Shown: positions 23,544 through 32,000 of the stretch, in pieces
Position numbering within the stretch: position 1 is the stretch's first letter
How the letters are laid out: every line of letters starts with the position of its first letter
DNA from: Candidatus Saccharimonadota bacterium
GTDB taxonomy: Bacteria; Pseudomonadota; Alphaproteobacteria; CAJXXZ01; 1604HC
Direction of reading: 5' to 3'
NCBI RefSeq assembly: GCF_008189285.1
Contig: NZ_CP043315.1
Location: 270,001 to 302,000, forward strand
Length of the DNA stretch: 32,000 bases
Program-made: the position numbers and the translations under genes
Notes under the pieces: model-generated
Databases searched by the model: none
The model's input: the letters and a program-made list of their open reading frames with translations, nothing else
Told to the model about the DNA's origin: nothing

Positions 23544-24437
23544 ATGAATAATTTTAATAATGAATTGGTTATAGTGGATGGATTCAGCTTGTTATTTAGG
23601 AATTTTTTCGCTATGCAAAATTTATATAATATTGACGGGCTTCCTATAGGTGGAGTTTCTGGATTTGTTAGAACTTTATTTAAAGTTGTTGATAATTTTA
23701 ATCCTCAATACTGCGCTATTGCATTAGATAGTGGAAAGCCAACTTGGAGACATAAATTATACCCTAAATATAAATCTAATAGAAAATCAACTCCTGAAGA
23801 TCTTGTTCCTCAGTTTCAAATTATGTTTGAGGCTTGTGATGCATTTGGAATTTCCGCCTTTAAGGGAGGAGAATGTGAGGCTGATGACTGGATAGCATCT
23901 ATAGTAAATAAGTATAAAAATACTTGTTCAAAAGTATATGTTTGTTCTAGTGATAAAGATTTGATGCAATTGGTTGGTGGAAATGTATATTTTATAGATC
24001 CATTTAAATTAATGATTATGCATGAGCATGATGTAGTTCAGAAAATGGGAGTGTCACCTTTGCAAATTCCTGATCTTTTTGGATTGATTGGAGATGCGAG
24101 TGATTGCATTCCTGGAGTTCCGAGCATTGGTCCGAAAACTGCATCAAATTGGATTAATGCATTTGAGAATATTGAAAATATATTTGAAAATAAAGATAAA
24201 TTAAACCCAAAATCAAGAAGAGGTAAATTTATTGAATTTTATGATCAAGCTATACTATCAAGAACATTAGCTCAATTAAAGCATGAATTAACTTTGCCTG
24301 AGATTTCTTCATTAAGCTATGGATCTGAAGAAGAAATTATACATGAATTTGTGCATAAATATAAAATGAGCAAACATATTAGAAAATACCCTAAATCTAT
24401 AACAACAAATAAGCAATCTTTTGATTTTATATATTGA
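23544..24437 (+). CDS. 5'-3' exonuclease / flap endonuclease (Pol I N-terminal-domain homologue, no polymerase domain)
   Basis: LVIVDGFSLLFRNFFA...KPTWRHKLYPKYKSNR...EADDWIASI...SSDKDLMQLV...GDASDCIPGVPSIGPKTA matches the PIN-like and H3TH motifs of the 5'-nuclease family. The ORF stops after 297 aa. Confidence 0.85.
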   Translation: MNNFNNELVIVDGFSLLFRNFFAMQNLYNIDGLPIGGVSGFVRTLFKVVDNFNPQYCAIALDSGKPTWRHKLYPKYKSNRKSTPEDLVPQFQIMFEACDAFGISAFKGGECEADDWIASIVNKYKNTCSKVYVCSSDKDLMQLVGGNVYFIDPFKLMIMHEHDVVQKMGVSPLQIPDLFGLIGDASDCIPGVPSIGPKTASNWINAFENIENIFENKDKLNPKSRRGKFIEFYDQAILSRTLAQLKHELTLPEISSLSYGSEEEIIHEFVHKYKMSKHIRKYPKSITTNKQSFDFIY

Positions 24438-24769
24438 TTATATTGATTGATTTTTTTATTTTGTATATTTATCTATTGTAAAATTATCAATATGATTCAA
24501 TTTATTTGATTTATTATGTGATTAAATAGTTAATTTAAATAAGTTTTTTAAACAAATGCATTGTGTGTTAAGTTTATCCAATTTTGCAGAATTGATTAAA
24601 TAATTTATCAAGTTTTTTTATTTGACAGCAATTGCATTTTCTCTTCAAAGTCAATCCAGCTCCTTCTTTATTGAATTTTAAAGTGTTTCTTTTTTTTGAT
24701 TAATTTATAAATAATATTTTATATTTTATTATTTTATATTCACATCTTATATGTTAAATTTTAGTTATT

Positions 24770-25975
24770 ATGAATTTGCTTAATTGGCTAGAGTCTAGAA
24801 AACTAATATATCAAAAAACCAACGAATCTAACTTATCGGATCAATTGGAGAAAAAGCAAATATGTGCTTATTTAGGAGCAGATTTAACAGCTTCAAGCTT
24901 GCATATTGGACATCTTCTTCCTTTGAGAATTCTAAAAATTCTTTCTGAGCATGGATGTAAAAGTATTTTTTTGTTTGGAAGAGGGACCACAATGATTGGA
25001 GATCCTTCTCTTAGAACCAAAGAAAGACCAATGTTAAGCCAAGAAGAGATTTATCAAAATATGAATAATATAAAGCCTCAAGTTGATAAATTAATTAAAA
25101 ATGTTATATATGAAGATAATGCTAATTGGTTGCTAAATACTAATTTAATTGATTTTCTCAGAGAAGTGGGAAGTAAGTTTTCAGTTAATCAGATGGTAAA
25201 TTTAGAGACTTTTAAAAATAGAATTGAAAATAATAATCCTTTGAGTTTTTTGGAATTTTCATATCCTATTTTGCAATCTTATGATTTTTATCATTTAAAC
25301 AAGAATCATGGATGCAATCTTCAAATTGGTGGATCTGATCAATGGGGAAATATAATTAATGGAGTGCATTTTATAAAGAAAATGACATCAAAAGAAACTT
25401 ATGGCATTACACTGCCCTTGCTTTTGAAGGGTGGAAAAAAAATGGGCAAAAGTGTCGGAGGAGCTATATGGCTTGATGAAAAACAAACAAGTGTGTTTGA
25501 TTTTTGGCAATTTTGGAGAAATTTACCAGATTCTGATGTGGAAGATTATTTATTGAAGTTTACAGATATTCCTCATGAAGAAATTAAAGATATGGTTAAG
25601 AATTCTATAAATGATGCGAAAAAGAAGATTGCTGACTACTTGACTTCATGGGTTCATGGAGAGGAAAAAACAAAAAATGCTAAAGAAAAAAGCATTTCTA
25701 TTTTTGAAAACAAAAACATGAATAGTTTAGATGAGTTTAAATTGGATGATAAGCAATTCAGTAATTCAGAAATCAAATTGACAAAATTGCTTGTGGAAAT
25801 CGGATTATCTGATTCTGCATCTGACGCAAAGAGAAAAATTAAAAATAATAGCATAACTGTAAATTCAGAATTGATTGAAAAACAAGATGCAGTAATTTCT
25901 AAAAATGATTTTGATAGTGAAATTATTGTAGGGCATGGAAAAAAGAAAAAAATTAAAGTTGTTTTGGCAAAATAA
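24770..25975 (+). CDS. tyrS: tyrosine--tRNA ligase
   Basis: It has the HIGH motif (SLHIGHLLPL), a KMSKS-type motif (KKMGKS), GGSDQWGNI, and a C-terminal S4-like domain (LLVEIGLSDSASDAKRKIKNNSITVN). Confidence 0.95.
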   Translation: MNLLNWLESRKLIYQKTNESNLSDQLEKKQICAYLGADLTASSLHIGHLLPLRILKILSEHGCKSIFLFGRGTTMIGDPSLRTKERPMLSQEEIYQNMNNIKPQVDKLIKNVIYEDNANWLLNTNLIDFLREVGSKFSVNQMVNLETFKNRIENNNPLSFLEFSYPILQSYDFYHLNKNHGCNLQIGGSDQWGNIINGVHFIKKMTSKETYGITLPLLLKGGKKMGKSVGGAIWLDEKQTSVFDFWQFWRNLPDSDVEDYLLKFTDIPHEEIKDMVKNSINDAKKKIADYLTSWVHGEEKTKNAKEKSISIFENKNMNSLDEFKLDDKQFSNSEIKLTKLLVEIGLSDSASDAKRKIKNNSITVNSELIEKQDAVISKNDFDSEIIVGHGKKKKIKVVLAK

Positions 25976-26149
25976 GAATTCTTTAAGCAATCTGCAATTT
26001 TATCTGATTTGCAGAATTATCAATGCAGAATTTATATTCATATGCAAATCATCTTTTATTTCAAGAATCTGGATAAAATTTGTATATTATGTTATAAAGT
26101 GTTTTAAAGTGAGATCTTTTTTTGATCTTCATAGAAATTGGAGGAAATT

Positions 26150-26485
26150 ATGTCATTGACTGAAAATGATGTTAGAGCTCTTGAGCCTCTTGGCGATAGA
26201 GTTTTGGTAAAAAAATCTGATAGGAGCAGACAAACTGCGTCTGGAATAGTTCTGCCTGAGACTTCCAATGAAGATTCAATAACTGGAACTGTAATTTCTG
26301 CTGGGCCTGGATCATTGAATGATAAAGGCGAGAGGATTTCTATGCAAATTTCTGTTGGAGATGTTGTGTTGTTTGGTCAATGGGCTGGAACAAAAATCAA
26401 TGTTTCAGGATTAAAAGATGGAACATATGTAATTATAAAGTCTTCTGATATATCAGGAATTATTAAAGGAAAAAGCAATGAATAA
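26150..26485 (+). CDS. groES: co-chaperonin GroES
   Basis: MSLTENDVRALEPLGDRVLVKK...GIVLPE...G.VISAGPG is GroES-like. GGAGG lies 5 nt upstream of the ATG at 26150. The track start at 26138 is a TTG inside the SD region. Confidence 0.9.
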   Translation: MSLTENDVRALEPLGDRVLVKKSDRSRQTASGIVLPETSNEDSITGTVISAGPGSLNDKGERISMQISVGDVVLFGQWAGTKINVSGLKDGTYVIIKSSDISGIIKGKSNE

Positions 26486-28118
26486 GAGAATAGTTTTAGA
26501 TTTTGAAGCAAGAAAGAAAGTTATTGAAGGAATCGATAAAGCTGCTGATTGCGTAAAATCTACCCTAGGACCTAAAGGTAGAGTTGTTGTGATGGGGAAA
26601 TCTTTTGGATCTCCAAGAGTAACAAAAGATGGAGTTACTGTAGCAAAAGAAATAGAATTATCTGACGAGCTTCATAAAATTGGATCTGGATTCATCAAAG
26701 AAGTTGCCTCTAAAACTGTTGATGCAGCAGGTGATGGAACCACAACTGCTTGTGTAATATTGCAATCTTTAGTGAATAATGGGCTAAAAGTTGTTGAAGC
26801 AGGGATGAATTCTGTAGAAATTACAAAAGGAATGAATCATGCTTCTAAGAAAATTATTGACTATTTGAATGATATAGCAATTCCTGTTAAGGGAAATAGT
26901 GATCACATTAAACAAGTTGCGACTATTTCTGCAAATGGCGAAGAAGAAATTGGAAAATTAATTGCTGAAGCTGTTGGTAAGATTGGAAATGAAGGAATCA
27001 TCAGTGTAGATGACGGAAAATCCATTCAAACTGAATTAAATGTAGTTGAAGGTATGGAGCTAGATCGTGGTTTTGTTTCTCCTCATTTTGCCAATACAGA
27101 AAAACAAACATGCGAATTAGAAAATCCATATGTTTTGATTTATGACAAGAAAATCAGCTCTTTGGCAAATATTCTTCCATTATTAGAAAATGTAGTAAAA
27201 TCAAGCAGATCTCTTTTGATTATTGCAGAAGATGTTGATGGAATTGCTCTAAATACTTTGGTAGTTAACTCTCTTAACAAAATAATGAAAGTTTGCGTTA
27301 TTAAAAGTCCTGGATTCGGCGATAGAAGAAAAGAAATTTGTGAAGATATTGCAGTTTTGACTGGCGGATCATTTATTTCAGAAGAAATGGGCAAGTCCTT
27401 AGAAGAGACAACTGTTGAGCATTTGGGTCAAACTGAAAAAATTATTATCACAAAAGATAAAACCACCATTATAGGAGGAAAAGGCTCAGAAAATGAAATC
27501 AAGACAAGATATGAATTGATTAAATCAAATATTTCTGATGCTTCATCTGATTATGATAAAGAAAAATTAGAAGAAAGAAAATCTAAATTAATGAATGGGG
27601 TAGCTGTTATCAGCGTTGGGGGAGTTACTGAAAGCGAACAAAAAGAGAGAAAAGATAGAGTAGAAGATGCAGTTCAAGCTGTGAAAGCTGCTATAGAGGA
27701 GGGAATTCTTCCTGGAGGCGGTTCTGCATTAATTCATGCAAGTAAAAATTTGAACAATGTTTCTGGATCTCAAGCATTTAAAGCTGGTGTAGAGATAGTT
27801 AAGAAAGCTATTTTATCCCCACTTAATCAGAATTTAATCAATGCTGGCCATGATGATTCGGCAGTAATCATCGATCAAATTAAAAAATCTGATGATATTC
27901 AATTTGGTTATGATGTCCTTAATGAAGGATATGGAAATATGATGGAATTAGGAATTGTGGATCCTAAAAAGAGCACAAGATCTGCTTTGCAATATGCTGT
28001 TTCAGTAGCAACTTTGGTTCTAACAATGGGCGCTGCTATAGTAGATGAAGAAGATGATAAAAATTCTAGCGCTAATAACATGGGCGGCGGAATGCCTCCT
28101 ATGGGCGGAATGTATTAA
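26478..28118 (+). CDS. groEL: chaperonin GroEL
   Basis: TLGPKGR.VV....FG.P.VTKDGVTVAKEIEL...AGDGTTTA are GroEL motifs, and the protein ends in a Gly/Met-rich tail (GGGMPPMGGMY). The start overlaps the groES 3' end by 8 nt. Confidence 0.97.
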   Translation: MNKRIVLDFEARKKVIEGIDKAADCVKSTLGPKGRVVVMGKSFGSPRVTKDGVTVAKEIELSDELHKIGSGFIKEVASKTVDAAGDGTTTACVILQSLVNNGLKVVEAGMNSVEITKGMNHASKKIIDYLNDIAIPVKGNSDHIKQVATISANGEEEIGKLIAEAVGKIGNEGIISVDDGKSIQTELNVVEGMELDRGFVSPHFANTEKQTCELENPYVLIYDKKISSLANILPLLENVVKSSRSLLIIAEDVDGIALNTLVVNSLNKIMKVCVIKSPGFGDRRKEICEDIAVLTGGSFISEEMGKSLEETTVEHLGQTEKIIITKDKTTIIGGKGSENEIKTRYELIKSNISDASSDYDKEKLEERKSKLMNGVAVISVGGVTESEQKERKDRVEDAVQAVKAAIEEGILPGGGSALIHASKNLNNVSGSQAFKAGVEIVKKAILSPLNQNLINAGHDDSAVIIDQIKKSDDIQFGYDVLNEGYGNMMELGIVDPKKSTRSALQYAVSVATLVLTMGAAIVDEEDDKNSSANNMGGGMPPMGGMY

Positions 28119-29183
28119 TCATTCTATCAGAATAAGTTAGAGGATCTGGATTAGCGCTTAATTGAATGAGAATGTTATATTTCATTAATGTGAAATTATA
28201 AAATTTAAATTTATTAAGATATGCACTTATGCCAGTTAATAGCATTAAATTTATGTAAAAAGCATAAATTTTGATCAAATATTTTAACATGATCAATAAA
28301 GTTAGTTATATTTACAATAATTTAAAAATTTCTTATAACAAATCAGTTAGATTAAATTTGCAGGGCATAACAATTAAAATATTGTAAAAATTGATATAGT
28401 AAGCATTAAATTATATATTAAAATGTTTGTAAATTATAAATTGAGCCTCTAAGATTTAACAAATAAAATTACGCTCAATCTTTTTTCTATGATGTTTTAT
28501 AAAATTAAAAAATAGGATTATAGAAAATCTCTTAAAAATAAATATTATGGAAAATAAAAATAACAGTCAAAATTTATAATTTAATATTAAAATATTGGAT
28601 TTCATTTAGAGAAATAAGTAATAAATTTGCAAAATATATTATCAAGGCTAATAATTATACTTATAATCATCAAAATTAATACTTTGTTTGATTTTTTTAT
28701 ATAAAAGAAAAATGAATTAGATTAGTTAAATGACATTGATTGATTATGTGAGCTTTGTCAAATTTCAATAATTCATTAACCTATGCTTTTAATAATTTAT
28801 CAAAATAATACAATATAATGCGTATTATTACAGTTAATCAAAAATAAATAAATTCATAGCATTTTTTTGAGCAATAAATTTAATATTTTAAAATCATCTA
28901 AAATTAGAGCAGAAAATTATAGTATAAATTATTAAGATAGATTTCTATTAATAAAATTATAAATCGATTTATTAAGGTGCAAAATGAATTTAAATAGAAA
29001 CTAGCATTCAAAATAATATTTGTTTGTCGTTTGTTTCTGTTTTATTTTTAAGTAAAAATAAGCATTTCTATTTTATTTATGCATTTCCTTTTCAAATTTA
29101 TCGATAGAAGTGTGTCTTATAAATTTACAATATGTAAATATTTGCAATGAATTTACAATCATGAAATTCATTGTTTGTTTTGA

Positions 29184-30629
29184 TCAATTAACTGAAGGGT
29201 TGTGAGAAATTTTTACTCTACAGAATGCAGAAACAACTGTTCTCCATTTATCATTTTCACTTAAGGTATTGAATTCTTTTTTGCTTGTTAAATAAGATTT
29301 GATCAACTGCTCATCTTTGAATGCTTTGTTATCAAATTTCATAATTTCCATTTTAGCTCCAAATGTAAATTTATTTAAAGGCATAGCAAATCCAGTGGAA
29401 ATAATATTTGATTTCGCATGAATTGTTGAATCTTTAGCATCTTTCCATTCTGTTTTTCTGTCTGAATACATGTATGAAGCGTAAATCTCCAAGCCTTCCA
29501 TTGATCCTGAAGGAATTGTAAATGCAACAGTAGGAGAAACAACATACCCTCCATTTGCTTTGTCATGAATTTGATTGTCAAATTTCACACCTTTGATTTT
29601 ATTATTATGAAAATCATCAGAATAAGATTGAATTTTTTTATCAGCAATTAATCCATAGCTTAATCCAAATTTCACAAATTTATAGCCAATATTATTTCCT
29701 AATGTAAATCCTTTAACATCATTCATTTTAACTGCATCTACTTCATATCTTTTTGCATAACCAAAAGTAGCATAAGAGCAGTTTGTGAAATTACCTTTTT
29801 TAGCATTCCATTTTATACCAGCTCCTAAATGATTTTTCATAGAATCATCATTTAACTTATCATTTTCATTAATTTTAGCAAAAGAGTATCCGCCTTTATT
29901 TGGGTGATTAGGTGTGTAACTTAATGCGGCTACAACATTATTTTCCTTGTTGTTAATAAATTTCTTTGCCTTGATCATTATTTTCATGGAAGTTGCAGTA
30001 TTAGTATTAATTCTCTCATTTGTCATTACATTAGGAGCAAGTATCTCGTCTGACATGGCATACAAGTTTGTTGTTTTGCTTATAATGCCACAACTCAAAG
30101 GAGCGAGCTTCTTGTCAGCTCCATAAGTGTAACCAGCTCTAGCTGACAATTTTAATTTCGTTTGTCTGAAATAATTTTTCACATATAAGCTTGCTTGACT
30201 TACAGAAAACTTCTCAGGATTTGCTTTAATGGCAAATTGAACACCAATTTTCATATTTCCTGTTATTTTTTGCAAAGCAATACCTATTTTTGCATTAGAA
30301 AATTTTAGATTATCAAATGGATCTTTGATTTTTGATTTTTTATCTTTAGGTGACCAATTTTTTTTATCACCTTCAGACCAAACAATTTGATCTTGATCTG
30401 AAAATAAATGAGTTGATAAAATTTCTACATTTCCAGCAATATTGAAAGGGGCTTTACCTCTGTAATCATATATATCGCTTTCATGAAATGGAGATTCTTC
30501 ATTTGAATTTGAGTTATTACTCTCTTTCTTTGAAGTATTGCTTTGTGATTTAGGAGTTTTTTGATTGCTCTTATCAATGCTTTTTTCTGCATTTACACAT
30601 GCAATAGCTAATAATAAATAAACTAACAT
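29184..30629 (-). CDS. putative beta-barrel outer-membrane protein (porin-like)
   Basis: A 481-aa ORF with the signal peptide MLVYLLLAIACVNA|EKS. There are many short alternating hydrophobic/polar strands ending in aromatic residues (GYTYGADKK, FTLGNNIGYKFVKFGLSYGLI, GLEIYASYMYSD, FTFGAKMEIMKF). I recognise no family signature. Confidence 0.55.
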   Translation of the reverse strand: MLVYLLLAIACVNAEKSIDKSNQKTPKSQSNTSKKESNNSNSNEESPFHESDIYDYRGKAPFNIAGNVEILSTHLFSDQDQIVWSEGDKKNWSPKDKKSKIKDPFDNLKFSNAKIGIALQKITGNMKIGVQFAIKANPEKFSVSQASLYVKNYFRQTKLKLSARAGYTYGADKKLAPLSCGIISKTTNLYAMSDEILAPNVMTNERINTNTATSMKIMIKAKKFINNKENNVVAALSYTPNHPNKGGYSFAKINENDKLNDDSMKNHLGAGIKWNAKKGNFTNCSYATFGYAKRYEVDAVKMNDVKGFTLGNNIGYKFVKFGLSYGLIADKKIQSYSDDFHNNKIKGVKFDNQIHDKANGGYVVSPTVAFTIPSGSMEGLEIYASYMYSDRKTEWKDAKDSTIHAKSNIISTGFAMPLNKFTFGAKMEIMKFDNKAFKDEQLIKSYLTSKKEFNTLSENDKWRTVVSAFCRVKISHNPSVN

Positions 30630-30739
30630 AGAGAAATTATATATTAATTGTTAATTATTTTCTATATCAATAATTTATATGCAAAACTATATAATAACTG
30701 TTGCATTATTTTCTTTATTTTAATAAGTCTACAATAGAT

Positions 30740-31009
30740 CTAATTTTGATGCATTAAGTGAATTGGAGTTCTTGATGATTGAGTTCTGCCCAAAATCACT
30801 TTTTCTCTGTTGTAATGTTTTTTGAATTTTGCATGATTTTTACATTTTTTATTGCGAAGTTTTTTGTATTTGCTTTTTACAATTTGCTTGTGTTTTGTAA
30901 TATAAAATTTATTTCCATCTAAAGTCATTGTTTTTTCCTCACAAATATTTATGAAAGTTTTTGCATTTATCATAGATAGAGACAAAAGCATTAAAAATAA
31001 TCTATTCAT
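30740..31009 (-). CDS. hypothetical small basic secreted protein
   Basis: An 89-aa ORF with AAGGAG 7 nt upstream of the ATG. The signal-peptide-like N-terminus is MNRLFLMLLSLSMINA|K. The mature part is Lys-rich and has 2 Cys. Confidence 0.5.
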   Translation of the reverse strand: MNRLFLMLLSLSMINAKTFINICEEKTMTLDGNKFYITKHKQIVKSKYKKLRNKKCKNHAKFKKHYNREKVILGRTQSSRTPIHLMHQN

Positions 31010-31128
31010 TTTTAATTCTCCTTTGGGAATAGTTTATTTATATTATTTTAATATTATATTTAATTTATTCATGCAAATCATGTAATTTTAAGATAAGATT
31101 CATTAAATTTAAAAATTTATTGATAAAA

Positions 31129-31749
31129 TTATCTAGAATCTGAAAATTTCCTTAAGGGTTTGTAGCTTTTTCTATGAAATTTCGTAATTCCAAATTCGTT
31201 AATTGCGTCAATATGATTTTTAGTTCCATATCCAACATTAGATTCCCAAGAATATTTACAGTAAAATTGACCCAATTGCTTCATATAAAAATCTCTCGAT
31301 TCCTTAGCAATTATAGAAGCGTATGAAATCATAAGATTATTTTTATCGCCATTCACTAAACTGATAACATTGTGAATAGTTTTAGGAATATATTTCCCAT
31401 CAAGCAAAATATTCATTTTATTTACATTTTTGCTGCTTAATTGCGAGTTTTTATTTAATTTATTATATTTATTTTTAAGCATATTCCATGATTTTCTTAT
31501 TGCATCATCAGTAGCAACTCGCAATCCAAATTTGTCTATATCATGAGCATGAGACCAAGATAAGGCAAAGTCATATTTATTTCTGATTTTATGAAATGTA
31601 TTATTTCGCATATTTTTTGTTAACGATTTAGAGTCTCTCACTTCATAATTGTCTATTTTTTCATATAGAATACTACACACCACAACTGGACCAGCCCATG
31701 ATCCATATCCAACCTCATCTGTATAAATGCAATATTCTTTCAACGGCAT
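31129..31749 (-). CDS. rnhB: ribonuclease HII
   Basis: TDEVGYGSWAGPVVVCS (compare DEAGRGPLAGPVV), DSKSLT, and ...ASIIAKESRDFYM are RNase HII motifs. Confidence 0.9.
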   Translation of the reverse strand: MPLKEYCIYTDEVGYGSWAGPVVVCSILYEKIDNYEVRDSKSLTKNMRNNTFHKIRNKYDFALSWSHAHDIDKFGLRVATDDAIRKSWNMLKNKYNKLNKNSQLSSKNVNKMNILLDGKYIPKTIHNVISLVNGDKNNLMISYASIIAKESRDFYMKQLGQFYCKYSWESNVGYGTKNHIDAINEFGITKFHRKSYKPLRKFSDSR

Positions 31750-31779
31750 TTTATTTAAAAAAAATCCTGTTCAATTAAA

Positions 31780-32000
31780 TTAACTATTCATCATTCTAAA
31801 GAAATGATCATTATCTTTGCTATTATGGATCTTATCCAATAAGAATTCCAAAGCTTCAACTGTATTCATTTCTGAAATAATTCTTCTGATTAGCCAAATT
31901 TTTGACAATTCCCCTTCATTTCTCAGCAATTCTTCTTTTCTTGTTCCTGACTTAAGTATATCCAATGCTGGGAAGATTCTTTTGTCTGCTGCTTTTCTGT
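31780..32000 (-). CDS. rho: transcription termination factor Rho (C-terminal part only; the 5' end lies beyond the window end)
   Basis: The minus-strand frame is open to the window edge: ...[41 protein letters not shown]...[11 protein letters not shown]. This matches the conserved Rho C-terminus (RIFPAIDI..SGTR.EELL). Confidence 0.9.
   Translation of the reverse strand, partial: [72 protein letters not shown]

Noticed and set aside
25991-26015. Hairpin TCTGCAA-N11-TTGCAGA after tyrS as an intrinsic terminator
   Set aside because: It has only a 7-bp AT-rich stem with an 11-nt loop and no downstream T-run, which is too weak to annotate.
26138-26149. The TTG start at 26138 for groES given by the ORF track
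   Set aside because: That TTG lies within or next to the GGAGG SD. The ATG at 26150 has proper spacing and gives a normal GroES N-terminus.
25654-26159. ORFs 25654..25854 (-) and 25935..26159 (+)
   Set aside because: The first is antisense within tyrS. The second overlaps the tyrS 3' end and the groES SD region, is Ile/Phe/Lys-rich noise, and has no SD.
27140-28296. Minus-strand ORFs 27140..27394 and 28099..28296
   Set aside because: The first is antisense within groEL. The second spans the groEL stop and AT-rich spacer, and has no SD or recognisable sequence.
29375-29581. ORF 29375..29581 (-), an alternative frame within the OMP gene
   Set aside because: It is embedded in the longer, better-supported 481-aa frame.
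1-32000. tRNA, rRNA, tmRNA, RNase P, transposase, integrase or phage genes
   Set aside because: I scanned the intergenic spacers by eye for GC-richer cloverleaf-like or structured segments and the ORFs for mobile-element motifs. Nothing is supportable. Covariance-model scans would be needed to exclude small ncRNAs.

Overview
This is a very AT-rich window that looks like a reduced genome. Compact housekeeping genes are separated by unusually long ORF-free, AT-rich spacers. The housekeeping genes are pheS-pheT, trxA, rpmI-rplT, ychF, plsY-dprA, glyQ-glyS, a stand-alone 5'-3' exonuclease, tyrS, groES-groEL, rnhB and the 3' end of rho. Several pairs overlap translationally (ATGA at pheS/pheT, glyQ/glyS and the 196-aa/246-aa pair; 10 nt at plsY/dprA; 8 nt at groES/groEL). 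TGA is used as a stop codon, so the standard bacterial code applies. A DUF1013-family gene, the plsY-dprA pairing and a possible HemX/HemY-like pair point to an alphaproteobacterium. It is probably an obligate intracellular, Rickettsiales/Holosporales-like organism, but that is inference and not an identification. I found no rRNA, tRNA, CRISPR array, transposase or integrase. The accessory content is the interesting part. Three large genes for signal-peptide-bearing proteins share a conserved 5' cassette. The first is a 905-aa acidic coiled-coil orphan. The second is a ~1033-aa hyper-charged protein with two eukaryote-type IQ (calmodulin-binding) motifs flanking an E/K/R-rich helix. The third is a 543-aa protein with near-identical proline-rich tandem repeats and a C-terminal WH2 + connector + acidic (WCA-like) tail, as in WASP/WAVE/RickA-type Arp2/3 activators. 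I read these as a candidate host actin/calmodulin-manipulating effector family. Also notable are a perfect 39-copy heptanucleotide microsatellite, a repeat-rich 1.8-kb non-coding spacer, a beta-barrel OMP candidate and a small basic secreted protein.
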